DNA from: Tubulanus polymorphus
Lineage: Eukaryota > Animalia > Nemertea
Reading direction: 5' to 3'
Length of the DNA: 64,000 bases
Assembly: GCF_964204645.1 (NCBI RefSeq)
Contig: NC_134026.1
Location: 12,051,950-12,115,949, forward strand
Every line of letters starts with the position of its first letter. The first letter of the stretch is position 1. A program made the position numbers and the translations under genes. Positions 49,264 through 63,000 of the stretch are shown one piece after another. Under the pieces are notes generated by a model. It was not told the DNA's origin, did not search any database, and was given only the letters and a program-made list of their open reading frames with translations.

Positions 49264-50521
49264 TATACGGTTTAACTGCCTTGTTGTTCCTGATGGATGG
49301 AATCCTGTACCGCTGGTGTAAATGCTAGTTCCCCAGCCAGCCTGCCGATACAACAACCAGCCGGTTACATTACCTCTAACAGACCAACAAGCAAAACTAC
49401 AATCCCCACAAAATAAAGATCTTTCAATCTCCTTATATAAGGAGGTTGGAACTTATATCAACTACAGAGTAACTGGTATTCTAGTGCTTTAAGGTAGCAG
49501 TGCTAATTCATTTTCGATGAACTGTCAGTAGCTTCATTTTGACTGGCAAATTCATGAATTCTACTCACTCCTTAAAAAATCCTTTTAATGCCACCATCTA
49601 TGAGTGAACTGAAAACTGTAAGAGTTGGTATATCCAAACATTAATTATTTTTCACAAATAAGTCCATGCAAAAAATACGAATTCCATTGATCAACAGGAT
49701 AATTCTTAATGCTGATCACCACACTACTAAACAGCAGCATGGCTGATGTTATATTTCACACAACTTCATATTTGGAAATTACCTCATATTTAAGCTATTT
49801 ACAAATACAAGAATAAGCAAAAATCCAAAGAACAAACTTCATAGATGATGTCGTAAAAAGGAAAAGAGTGAGTTGAATTTATAAAATCCCCTAAAGCTTG
49901 AATGTCTGACAGTGCATTGAAAATGAACAAACAGACGAAAATTGTGGTTCTTATTTCACATTGAAAATTTCGAACCTAACTCATATTAGCATTAATTCCA
50001 TTTGTTTCAAAATTCCAAAACCCGGTGTTTGAACGCAACGTCTTTCACACAATTAGTTATTCCTTACAGAACAGTAAATATTCGGTATGGTAAGCCACTA
50101 GATGTACACTTGCTTGACTCAAAGTAAAGGGAACTTTAATGATTTTTTCAAAACATCAGTAGCAATACTTCAAATATTATGATATTAATATAGTAATATA
50201 ACAACAATCAGTCGTGGAAAAAATATATAAGATTAAACCCACTATTTACAAGAAATTCATAAATTACTAATTTAGAATTTAATGATGATACATTTCAATT
50301 TCAATCTAGATTCTCATTAGGTGCAATAATATACATAGGATGACAAATTATTTGTCAATAGATAATGCTAAGCATGGAGTTATTTACTTAGAAATAAATG
50401 AATTGTGAGGAAGAACATAAGATTTTAATGGTGAAAAAGTAACCTTTGGAGAAACTAGTTTCAAATATGAAGTTTCAGAACGTAAAAGGATACCAGCTAG
50501 TGGTGTAGCTAATCATGTTTG

Positions 50522-50913
50522 CAGAGCTGGCAACCGTTACTGATTTTCAGTATTTGTTACTATTTTATAACGAGAAATACTGATTTGATTTGTTTGATGC
50601 ATACAGAAATATAAAAGATGTTACTCTGAAGGTCTTACTGTTGATTACTGATTGATTTGAACAGAATATGAAAGATGTTACTCTGAGGGTCTTACTGTTG
50701 ATTACTGATTAATTTGAACAGAAATATGAAAGATGTTACTGAGGGTCTTACTGTTCATTCCTGATTAATTTGAACAGAAATATGAAAGATGTTACTGAGG
50801 TTGTTACTGTTGATTACTGATTAATTGAACATTTTCGTTCATATTTCAATGAGATGTTACTGAAAAAAGTACAATTTTTTACTGATAGGACTTTTCACTG
50901 GTTGGCAGCCATG
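50522..50913. mobile_element. Small non-autonomous hAT-like element with 6-bp TSD and internal ~58-bp tandem repeats
   Basis: Ends CAGAGCTGGCAACC / GGTTGGCAGCCATG; TGTTTG duplicated on both flanks. Confidence 0.75.
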
Positions 50914-51412
50914 TGTTTGCAATATTGGTCACCAATTTTACTTTGATTTATAACTTGTCACTACAATTAGTACTTATGTGAACGATGGTGTTTCTCCTCA
51001 AAATTCACTTAGTACAAAACTTCATACCTCACAAATTCTAAATTATCTACTCACTCATAATTTTACGCAACTAACTGTCATCCCTTGTATATATAATTAT
51101 GTTTTTAGAATTTTAATGATTTCTATGTTAAAACCAACACATGTGTCTTTGGATTTTTGGTTTTCATATCTGTTTTTAAATGTCTTGTAAGTAGTGGGTT
51201 TTAACTTATTTCATATCGGTAGTCCTCTTGGGTACTAATTAACAAAGTCTTTTTTGATTAATTAAAGTAAGGTAATTTCATTTGAATTGATTACTTTTGA
51301 ATATGTAATTTCATCAATCCAACGAATTAAGTTGTGCAAGGTACTGACTGCTACCTTATGAATTTGCCTATCATTTCTTTTATAGGATTCTAATGATGAT
51401 GTTATCCTACTA

Positions 51413-52220
51413 GGATTGCCAAATGTAGACAACCGATGTTTCCACAATGTAATGCTTTCAAGTACTTCGCCACAGTGGCCTTGGCCAACAATTAGACCAT
51501 TGTTGCAAAACTACGGCAATCTCCAAACCATTGACACTTCTTTCAAAATTACACCAAACAAATGATCCACATACTTTGATCACACTTTCAAACAATTTCT
51601 TGTTCTGCTTTCATGAAAATTTCAGCCAGAGGTTTATTCCTGGACATCAGAATGATTCGCATTAATATTTGATTACCACATTTGAAACATTGGAAATTCA
51701 GTTTCACCATGAAAGTGCCATTGCGGCATTTGCATTTCAATGTCAATCCAAGTTGAAATGCTTAAACTGTCACCATACTTCAGTTACTTCAGAAATGCAA
51801 CCAATAATTGAATTACCTAGCTCATCATCATTAAATGAATTACTTGATGCCTTACTACAAAACAAAAGTGTTACGTATACCTGTGAGCAATGCTTTACAA
51901 CACATGCTGAAAAACAACTTTCCTTTTTGAATCTGCCTGACACTGCAATTTTCCAGTCATTCCACAACACATTAATCGTACCATTATTTCCATTATATCC
52001 ACATTACCAGCACAGCTCCCCATTTATTGTGAAAATTTAACCGCATTGTACAATTTAACAACAATTGTATATCACATTGGCTTTTCGTTAACTGGCGGTC
52101 ATTATTTTGTCACAACGAAATCACCTAATAACAATTGTATTACAATTAATGATAATTCGATTAGTTTATCATGGAAATCACTTCATCATACACAGATTGA
52201 ATACATTGTTATTTTAAAAA
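51413..52220 (+). pseudogene. Ubiquitin-specific protease (peptidase C19)-like relic
   Basis: Cys box GLPNVDNRCFHNVML, GHQND, CLNC/CEQC zinc ribbon, His box IVYHIGFSLTGGHYF...INDN. Confidence 0.75.
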
Positions 52221-52559
52221 AACAATCACAAAATGTTCAGCATGCCATAGTTAATCAGCAACACCATGATAAAACACCTTCCAAAACACCACAAAATTTG
52301 TGCCAACTGTAGACACAAATGTCCAGTCTGGACACCACAGTAATCCAAAGGTTTCACATTCTACACTGGTTGATAATAACACTATTTTAACTCAGATCAT
52401 GGAAAACCCTTTAGTTGATTTTGAAACTCTCAAGTATACACCGGTTTTTACGGTAAATCTAAGTCTATGAACAATCTCATTCCACTCCAAAAAAATCAAG
52501 GGTTCATAAACAAACGTTCCAAATCTGCCTGCCTCAAACTGCCACCAAAATGGCCTACA

Positions 52560-54712
52560 GATGGCGATGAATATTTCTATCATATCCTGCTACTTCACTT
52601 GCCCTTCAGAGATGAAAATGAACTCACATCACATGGTTTAGCTTTAGCAACTTTTCAAGCAAAACACAAAAAATGCAGATTCCCCACCACAATCACTTTT
52701 TTGTGTAACTACAAAAGCTCCTTACTCAGGTGAGCCCATAACAAGCAATGATCTAAATTCCATTAATGCTGTTGTTGCCCCAAACACTCAGGAGACATTA
52801 ATAGATTCCAGTGACATACCTGTAGATCCTAACTTATTTTGCATAGATAATACCGATAGTACTGATCTGATAATGTTACCAAAGACATGTATGAATTTCC
52901 ACAGCCACACTTACAACATGACGTCAACTGTATCATCAATAGATTGAATAATGATCAGCTACTTGTATTTAACATGATCCGACAACACACATCAACTGTT
53001 GCAATGCATAACTTAGGTCAACCTTCCACATGTGAAACATTATATCTTCATATATCTGGGGGCGTAGGCTCTGGTAAGACTCACTTGCTTCATATCATAG
53101 CTTCACATCTTATCAAAACTGCACTGAATACCAATTCTGTGTAGTAACTGCCCCTACAGGCATTCCAGCATTTAGCATCAGCGGAACAACAATACACAGG
53201 GCATTAAGATTGCCTGTTGAGCATGGCTCATGTGGTGGCTGACTGTATCCCTCTTCCTTAGGTGGCGGTGAAGACAGACTGACAGAAGTCAACTCTGGTC
53301 GTTGATATATGTAGAACTGATTTATTTCAGAATAGTCAGACTTTTATAAGCCAAGCTATGAATTGTACAGTTAAAAATTGACATACACTACTGAATTCGA
53401 ATAATTTAATCCTGAAAACTTTGAATAACCAATGATATGAAAACTATTGTCAATTGAATAACAGGCTAGAGGGTAAGTTCATACTACCATGAGTTTGTAC
53501 GGTTGTACCTATACATTATGAATATAATTCTAACATTGAAAACCAACGAACTATTATCGATTCCCGACAGCTCTTCTCTGACATATAAGCCTCTAAGTAA
53601 TGAAGCCCTTATGGTCATGCGTGATCAATGGAAGTATGTCAAATACTAGATCACTGATGAAATTAGCATGGTTTCAAACAAAACTTTGATCTTTATACAT
53701 AAACGACTGTGTGAACTAAGGAATACTCAATGTACACTTTCAAGTTACTTTGGAGGCATTTCAATTATTACCTTTGGAGACTTCATTCAACTGAAACCTG
53801 TTATGGGGCAATTTATATTTGCACACACTAATCTGCCATCACCAGTTAATCTCTGGACAGTTATGTTTCAAACACATCATCTTACAATGAACGTCAGACA
53901 AAAATCATACGCTGAACTATGTAATCGTTTCAGGACAGGTTGTCACACAGATGACGATCTCTTGATGCTTACCTCACAATTAGAAAACAACCAACCTACT
54001 TGTAAATTAACTAATTTCAATGATGCAATTCGTTTGTTTCCGACTATTGAACAATGCCATGTCTATAATATGGATAAATTGAAACTATTTCCTAACATAA
54101 TAGTGATTACTGCAGTTGACACTATTACATCACTTTCTAACGGATATATGCAACATGCACCAAAAATCTCATTTCAAAAGACCCTAGGCAATGTGCTGGC
54201 TTACCAACTGTATTACATATTGCAGTAGGGGTAGAAATCATATTAATTCGCAACATTGATGTTTCATTAGGTTTAGTTAATGGAGCAAGAGGAATAGTTA
54301 CTTCCATCAATTTCCTTCCAGGACAATCTCATCCACACAACATTGACATTAAGTTCCATCACATGCAAAGTAATACCAGCAACCAGCAAGTACCTATTTA
54401 CCCTGTTATAGCACAGTTTTTCGCAAAAGACCAGACTCGTTTCTATCGTTCTCAGTTTCCATTGCAGCTTTGCTTTGCTTCCACTATTCATAAAATGCAG
54501 GGAGCAACATTAACGAAAGCTGTCATTAATTTGGGCGATAAAATTTTTGTCCCTGGAATGTCTTATGTTGCCCTTTCAAGACTCACTTCCTTATCTGGAT
54601 TAATTATTTCAAATGTTGCCCTTTCAAGACTCACTTCCTTATCTGAATTAATCATTTCAAATCTCGATATCAATGCTAAGGGCTTCCGTCCATACAAACA
54701 AGCACTTCAATA
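52560..54712 (+). pseudogene. PIF1-family helicase relic (Helitron/Helentron type)
   Basis: LLLHLPFRDENEL, SGGVGSGKT, APTG, DEISMV, FGGISIITFGDFIQLKPV, RSQFPLQLCFASTIHKMQG and YVALSR; many lesions. Confidence 0.9.
53231..53569 (-). mobile_element. Probable solo LTR inserted in the helicase
   Basis: TGT...ACA ends, flanks GCTCA/GCTCT, interrupts the helicase frame, AATAAA on the minus strand. Confidence 0.55.
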
Positions 54713-55227
54713 CAGTCAACCTCGCTTAATCCGCCTCCGGTTAAACCGTATAAGTGCTTATTCCGTATAAATAAATTGGTCCTGTTTTTCAGTAACGTTA
54801 TTCCCTTTAAAATTCTGTGTCTAATTCGTACTCCATAATCCGTATTTTCACTTATTCCGTAGACAAATGCATGGTCCCTTTGCCCAATTCATACGTAAAT
54901 CCTTATGTGTAATCCGTATTAGCTGTCAGCTGTCGGGAACATACACTTGAAGTGAAAAAAGTATAAACATTTGTAATCTAATGAGGTTAGTGTAATCAGT
55001 GGGAAATATTTATTCCCCCAGACGGATCGTTAGAATGTGGTTCTACTGAGTATGTCCACGGTTTGAGAGATAACTAAAGCTGCTATTAAATCATTAGCCA
55101 CTTAAATCATCGTTTATATATGTAATTGTTAATTCACATCAATTATGAATTATCTGTTATCTGTATATCACTTAATCCGTACTAAAAAGCTCAGACCCTT
55201 GTGATACGGATTTACCGAGGTTGACTG
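54713..55227. mobile_element. Tigger/pogo-like MITE
   Basis: TIR CAGTCAACCTCG...CGAGGTTGACTG with TA TSD. Confidence 0.88.
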
Positions 55228-55479
55228 TATTATTATGAGAATAATACATAATAACAATTTAACAATCAACAACAACCAAGTTGAATGTGCTCACTTTATT
55301 TTTAATCGACTATTTATAATTTAAATCCAATTTTCTATCACATAAATGCACCATTTCCACAAATTGTGATGACTATTTCAATCATAGTAAATGCATAACA
55401 TTTTATTATTTTTGTATGATAATTTCAATATTTGTAAACCTTCATTCATGTAAATAAAAGTGTGATAAATATTGCGCTG

Positions 55480-55850
55480 TGTGTAATTCTTTTTCATTAA
55501 GTATTGATATATAATTAATCAACACTAACATCAATGTATATAGAAGTATGTCAGATATTCCTGCCATTTGTATTTCTTTTTCATTCAGTATTATAGTTGT
55601 GATTAATCACAATGACATCAATGTACATAACAGTGTGACAAATAATCCTGCCATGTGTAATTCTTTTTCATCAAGTATTAATATATAATTAATCAAAACT
55701 TATATCAATGTACATGACAGTGTGTCAGATATTCCTGCCATGTGTAATTCTTTTTCATTCAGTATTATAGTTATGATTAATCAAAATGACAACAGTGTGA
55801 CAAAAATTCCTGCCATGTGTATTTCTTTTTCATTCAGTATTATCATTCTT
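55480..55850. repeat. Degenerate ~89-bp tandem repeat
   Basis: Recurrent CCTGCCATGTGTAATTCTTTTTCATTCAGTATT. Confidence 0.75.
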
Positions 55851-56279
55851 TTTCATCATGTGCGTGTCTTTTAATACCTCTAAGGTATCAATACAAACAT
55901 TCTACTGAATAATGTTATAAATCTATCTCATTACTACATGTAATAACATTTAAGTTTTATGTTTTATATATTTTTGTATACGTTTTCTATTATCGATAAG
56001 ACAAACTTTTAATAAAAGGTCAATTTACATATAATTCATTTCTTGTTTTCTCTATTTACTTTTCCACAGGAGATTATCATAGACACAGTCCATAAGTCAC
56101 ACTTTTCTTGGATTTTCTAAGTCGCATAGGCAAAATATCACCTGTCGAATTGACTGACAATGATCGTTGTGATCTGTGTGTTGGCCAATAAGGCACATCG
56201 ATCACACTACTACCAATCAGACCCCTAGCTACCAACTGCTTTGTTACACCCTTCCAATTATCTAGTGTGTTTCTCCCTG

Positions 56280-56866
56280 GACGTATCGGCCCCACTCCGC
56301 GCGGTGGCGCCACCCCGCGGGATTTACGCGAAGCAGCAGAACACAAACATGGCCACTCTCTCAATTTTCAATGATAGAAATCGTGTGTGCATTTCAATTA
56401 TTTCGGCTGTTAGGGTTTTAAGGCACAATATAAGTTGATGATGTGATATGGCGATGTTGATTAATGATAATTCCGCAGTGAAGCTAGTCACGAACGGTGC
56501 CGATTGAGTGTACAGCTGCCAAAAACACTGAAATGTGCGTAGTTGCGTAACTATTTGCAGTGAATTGCAGACGAAACATGAAGCCTTAACGGCCGTTTAA
56601 AAGAGAATTATACCAATCGCAATTGTAAAATAAAAATGAGATAGAACCTAAGATTCTAAAATTCTGGCCATTTCTAAAATTTTATTACTAATTTTTAGTC
56701 AGTACCGAACATTTAGTTTTCCAACAATAATGAGGGGTGGTAGGTAGTCATGCAATTCAAGTCATCATTTATTACACGTTACTTCTGTGTTGTTGAAAAT
56801 CTCGCGAGTCCTGGACCAAACCCCAATGAACAATGTGATCTGTGTGCTGGCCACAAATGCACACAG
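56280..56866 (+). repeat. Dispersed ~590-bp repeat, copy 2
   Basis: Near-identical to 29095-29690. Confidence 0.9.
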
Positions 56867-57732
56867 ATCACACCACACTACACTACCCATTACACACTCC
56901 AGTACCCACAGCTTTCATATATCCATCCAAATATTTAGAGTGTCTTTCTTCCTGGATATTTTTTTTCATGTAAAAAGATGATACTATTGTTCTTTGACCA
57001 AACACCTTGGGTGGATATTCCTGCAATGAAAATGATTTTGGGATTGCCCAACCGCTGTTTTGTATTATTGTTCTGATCAATTGTGTGTTGATCCTTACAG
57101 AGTGGTTCCTAGAATAACTTCCTGTTAGCTCGTGGTGTCACAAATTGTAACCACTGGATATACGCAGATGATATTTTGTCATCAGGAGGGAAATAGGGGT
57201 GGAAATTAACATGGCAATATTTTTTCTATCAGCTCAAAGCCGTTTGGAAGTAATGAGAGAAAATGTGCACAATTTCAATAAATTTTTCCCCATTTTACTA
57301 ACCGATGCTTGACCTTGTTTCTTGACATCACAAGGAGAGCCCTTCACCATCTAAGTTCAATATTGGAATTATCTGAGGTATTTGCCTCTGCCAGCTCCCT
57401 GCGTATGCTGTTTATTAAAACACGATTGTGCTTTGTAAATTATAGGTATTTACTCTTGAGCTGGGAGTGTATTTTGACAATTATAATCCAAATTCATCAT
57501 TTGCCATTTTATGAAAAGATGGTCATAGTGCCCCTAAGGGACTCTTGTTAAGAATATTAACCTTCACCATTTCATAAAAAGTAAATGATCCCTATGTATT
57601 TTCATGAATATGAGCCGAGGGGTATTGCAAGTGTAGCTCTAGTTGAAAAAGTGTCAATGTTAAACCTGTTTCATCACCTAGTGTAGATGTAGCTATAATT
57701 GATTTAAGCATGTGTGTTTCATGTAATTTTAG

Positions 57733-57812
57733 GTTTGATGCCATTTTTGATGAAAGAAACGGATTATCTTAAAGATCCTAAACTCTTCAACCCATTCAAA
57801 GTGCAGAAGTGA
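57733..57812 (+). CDS. MRPS18C: MRPS18C last coding exon (GLMPFLMKETDYLKDPKLFNPFKVQK*)
   Basis: TTTTAG acceptor, phase 1, G.MP...K...YLKDPK motif, TGA stop; the 5 exons total 570 nt (189 aa). Confidence 0.92.
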
Positions 57813-59199
57813 GTGGATAGATTATGGGAACATCCTAAACTCTTCTAACTATTCAAGGTACAAAAGTTAATGGACAGATTTTGGGCAAATCTAGACGTTT
57901 ATTAGTTTATGGTAATGGCAAAAACACAGACCTTTTGTCAATCATTTTTGTGGAAAATTGCTTTAATGATAATACATAATTACAACTATATGCAATATTG
58001 ACATAGTTTCTTTGTTTTATTTGTCAGTATTTTATCAGTCTGCCAAGGTGTATGTTAAATTTAGCGGTTACACCTACGGGATTGTTTTTTGTCATGTAGC
58101 AAGATTCATGTGGAGCTGAGACAAATCTTTGAACGGGAAAAGCATTATTAGGCCAGTCGTAGGCTGAGCCTATTACTATACAAATGGAGCGAATTTAAAT
58201 GACATGGTTTCCACACAAAAGGCTCTTTTGCTTGCCAAGTGAGGGCATATTCGAACAAATCACGTATTTAAGCGTAATCCATTCTCGGAATCGTAGCGAG
58301 CAGAATTTTGAAATAGGGTCTCATAAAAAATGTTTTCTGCATTTTTCACGAAAGTTAAATCGGGAAAATTTCAATTTTTATCAGCCAATCAGGAAGTTGT
58401 GTCTTCCCTGTGATTGGTTTATCTGAAAATATCAGCAGCTGTTCACGTGAATTATCGCGATTTCATTACTGGCGCTTTTGCGCATGACGTCATGTATCAA
58501 CACGCGACAATACTTCCGCGTTCGCTACGTGTTCGCTGATTGGCCCATTTACTGGGAAATTTCACAGAAGCCTAATGTGGTTTGTTACAAGCGCTGTGAT
58601 TGGCCCGACCCGATTCTGGCATGGCTTTAGCTTAGTGGGTTCGAATCCCTTGACGGGTGAAGATGATGGATCCTATCAATATCTATTGAAACAAATAAGT
58701 TTCCCGGTTGGGCAGCCGCGGATATCTACAGTACCGGAAGTGTTCCGGTTCGATATTTCGAGGTTTCTTTGAATTTTGGAGTGATATTGAAATCCGGTAA
58801 ATACCAGCGGTAGATTGTGAAAACCCATTGCATGATAATTGTATTACTTAATCAACGAAAAGCGTCGGGGCCGCGCCAGGAGTTTTCGTGATTCAAGTAG
58901 CGCAATAGCCTACTTCTTCGTGGTTGTCCACCTCAATTTTCACTCCGCCGATCTCTGACACGGCTCTGTCCCCGTCGGCGCTGTGATTGCACTTTCGTAC
59001 CAAATCGGGTGTATGACCTTGATATGCTAATTAGCCATGTGCCCGAATTGCAAATTCAATCAAATTTTATTCTGCCAAAAAATGTTAAATACAATTCGCT
59101 TTCCGAGAGTTGATGGTATGCTGCATGGATCAAAGTTGTTTTGAGATGGGTCTTGAAGCTATTGAGGTCGAGAGATAACCATCTAGATAGTTCGTGAGA

Positions 59200-60008
59200 G
59201 TTCCAAAGTTTTGAAGACGCTTCAAGGTAATGTCTTGATATTTGTTGTATACGTGTATCTACCCTAGACACATCTTCAGGCCAAAAACTGGCCCTGTCAG
59301 ATTCAAGATGGCCGACTGGCAGCCATTGTTGTTCGCCAAAATCAGCACTTTTTACACATTTTTGAAGTTTTCGAGGGAAATTTTGAAGACACTTTTATCA
59401 ATAACCTTGATCATTCGTATATATTTGTATCCCCCAAGGGCCCATCGGCATGTGAAAAATTGAGTCGATCGGACTCAAGATGGCCGTACTGTGACCTTTT
59501 TTGTTCCCAAAAATGTCAATTATGGCCTGAATTCTGCTATATTGCGCCATGTTTCATTGCAATTTGTAATGGTTATTCTTTGGAAAGGGATCTTTTATAT
59601 CCGAGAGGGTATTTTTGACCAGGCAATTATGACGCACTTGGCGGCCATCTTGGGGTCATCAGTACTCATTCGTAGGTGGAAAAAAAGTTTTTCCACATCA
59701 TAATTGATACTTAAGCATATTTTGCTACTATAATCAATTGGAAAGTTGTAGCTCATGACATGTTCTATGATCGAGGTGAGTTTCAAGCTCATTGGTTTTT
59801 TTTATGGCCACCAGGGGGCGTTGCACAATACAATAACTTAGTATTTCTATATTGCATTCGTTCCTGTTGTCTGTGTTAACACTCGATTTTACTATGTAAA
59901 TGATATTGAGCAGGGAGTGTATATTGATAAATATAACCCACAGATTACATCATTTATAAAAAGCAAATCTGACAGGCTGGCCATTGTGCCCCTTGGGGCT
60001 CTTGTTTT
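59200..60008 (+). repeat. Helentron-associated/DINE-like repeat with hairpin-like, T-rich 3' end
   Basis: Shares blocks with 40480-40812 and 45347-45866; ends GCCCCTTGGGGCTCTTGTTTT. Confidence 0.6.
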
Positions 60009-63000
60009 GCAGAAAAAATACTTAAAATTTCGAAAAAATCTTTATGCATGTACTTATGACATGATTATGGAAAATATGCGCTCTGATTGCTTATTTGGAG
60101 AATTTCATTGCTTCTGATGTAATTATGGGAAAGCAATACTTTTATCATCAAGCGAGCTGGACAAGGAAGACATGCCATTTTTAGGCCAGCCCAAGGCTGA
60201 GCCTATTACTATTCAAATGACTATGTATTACTAACTAATTACTATTTAGATGACATGGTTTACAGATGAAAAGCTTTTGTTGTCATTTCACAAAAACGTG
60301 GAATTTCCTAAATATTACTATAAATAGTAACTGGATTTTTCTGCTAGGATACCCAGTATCAGACTTGGCATGGAACCAATCGTGATTGACCAATTGATTC
60401 GCTGAGTAAGGATTGAATCCCAGCATTTACAAGCAATATCATTTTATATCATTATATGATTGTTGACTGGCTGCCAGTTGCCCTATTTCACGGGCCCTAT
60501 AATTTAGGGTAGACATATTGAATTTTTTTGTTTCATCGATTAAGACCGTATTTTGAATCCTGATTGTGACAATTAATTCAAATGAAACAAATCAATTCTC
60601 TGGCTCCTTATACTAAAATCATCAAAAGGTAAATATAAAACATGTTTTCAAAGTCAATAATGTTATCATTTAGTTTATTTGACAAAATAGCTTCAATGAT
60701 AAACCAGAATCTATGAGTATACTGCAAAAGCTGGAGTTAACCTCTATTTGATAGTTTGGCATCGGAATTTGTGGGGACCATAACATAAAACATCTGGTAT
60801 TCAGACTAGATTGATTATGTAATGAAAATCACAAAGAACAGAGTTTAGAAAAAACTTAACCATTTTATAACCTTAAATATCAATAACATATTATTCACTT
60901 TTCTAGACAGCTAGGCAAACGCCAAAACATTTACCATTCTTGTACTTGCAGTAAGTTTAGTATTAGGTTTAGTATAGAAATATAAGCGAAAAGGAAGGCC
61001 AACTCACCATTCATTATCACTATACATTTGCCTTTGCTACGTTCGAAATTGATCAGCGTCCTCACCAGTGGAGATAAACAATAGGTTCTGGGAAATATTT
61101 TTGATTATATTAATCTCTGCGAACATCGAGCATTACCGTTTTTCAAGATTTGGTATTAAGACATAAATCAATAAAAAACGTTAAATTAAGAAAGACTGGC
61201 AACCAGTCTACAACATCAATTGTTTATCACCACCGTTGAGGGTGCTGAACAAAACCCAATATAACTAGCGGATTTTTGAGGAGGCGGTCTTCACGTTTGC
61301 TTATAGTTCTATGGATTTAGTGACATGTAAGGTATTATGTAAATTTGTTTGGTTAATAATTTCATATCGGAGTGGTTGTAAGCAAGACAATTGTTCGTGT
61401 TGTCTGATAATATCAAGAATAAAGGCATTTCAGTGTATTAAATTGAGTTGAATTGTATAGTATATAGAGATGGGCAGTAAATAGTGGCAGTGGTAACTAA
61501 TTTTCACACACTGCTACTGCTACCGGGTACCGGTAATGAATTCATGCGTCTGGTTTTCTGTCCGAAACCAGGTATCCCTTCCGGAAGACTGGGTTACTAT
61601 TTATAGTAAAAATCAAGATATTCTGCATTATTGGAAAATTCTGCGTTTCCGAATTGAAATTGAATTTTACAGGAGGTTTTCATAAAAACCTGAACGCAAA
61701 AATATCAGTTTTAGAGACTGACTAAGCTGTAGAAATCAGCAGGTGTTAACATGAACCTGCGGTATCGTGTAAAGTTCTACTTGCGGGTTTTTTTCTAAGA
61801 TTTGCAATTTCATGGTCGATTTGTGTGAATTCTTTCGTAGATTCGGTGGTTGGGGACAATTTTCATATTCAATATGGAAAATTCATCCTTAAAAACTGCG
61901 CAAGGTTCAGGAAAATGCCGTTTCTCAAATCGGATGGATGACACAATGATTTGTAAATTAGCCATGTGCTTGCATTGGAAATTCAATCAAATTTTACTGT
62001 GCAAAGAATAATCACATCCAATTTTATTTCATTAACCAATAAAAAAATCAAATCCAATTTTATTGAATTATTGTCACATGTTTTGTCAGTTTTATCTTCT
62101 ATACAAAGCACAGCCTTCATGTTCTTGTAACTTCATTGGCTAGTAGGCTTTTTATCTGAATGCACATCCTTCTTCATATGTGGAAATTGCGATGAAGGAG
62201 GACTTTGTTTGGTGACATACTGTAAACATGGTAAAAGAAATAAGAATATTATAGAGGGGGTGCCATTTTGAATTAATTGAAACAAAAATCCAAGGTGATC
62301 AAATCTGCTACCAGATGTCACCTTACCAAGCCCATATGTGTTCCTATGGGCTTTGACAATTTTCATTGTATTGAAGAAGGTTTTTATGGGGGTAAAATTG
62401 ACTGGGACAAATATGACCCCATGGATTCTCTTGGGATATACCTTTCTTAATCCAATAATATTGGGGCTCGAGTGGACCATGCAAGTATTCTTTCAGGGTT
62501 CGAATTTCAGAATTTGCCATCCACAGCAAGATGCTTTCAGAAACGCTATGGATGGCGGAAGCGATCCACAGCAAGTCTAGCTCTCACCACAGCAAGTGCC
62601 TATCTTGAAAACAATACCCGGTTAATTACGTATTCCATGAACATTGAAAAATAATTCTATATCAGAGTCAATGTTATTTGGTTACTTGACTTAAACATTT
62701 AAATGTATATCAAATCAATTATAATATTGTCAACAATATTTGTAAAGATTAAACACTAAAAATGAAATCATTAGAGTTGGGTCAGTTCATAATGATATGT
62801 GATTGAAATTGAATAATTGATCACTAAATTATTGAAAGAATTTATAACCTAGTTATATTCTAATAATCTATAATTTCTCAAAGATAGAATATTGCACTGT
62901 GCATTACTATTAAATTATACTACTGAAGGAATGAATATTGGGCCTACATGTATTGGAAGTTTAAAAATTCAGATCAAAATTCATGTTAATAGCAGTTGTT

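Noticed and set aside
62133-62654. Possible coding exon or TE-derived ORFs
   Set aside because: Overlapping short ORFs with no motif I can recognise and no clear splice structure
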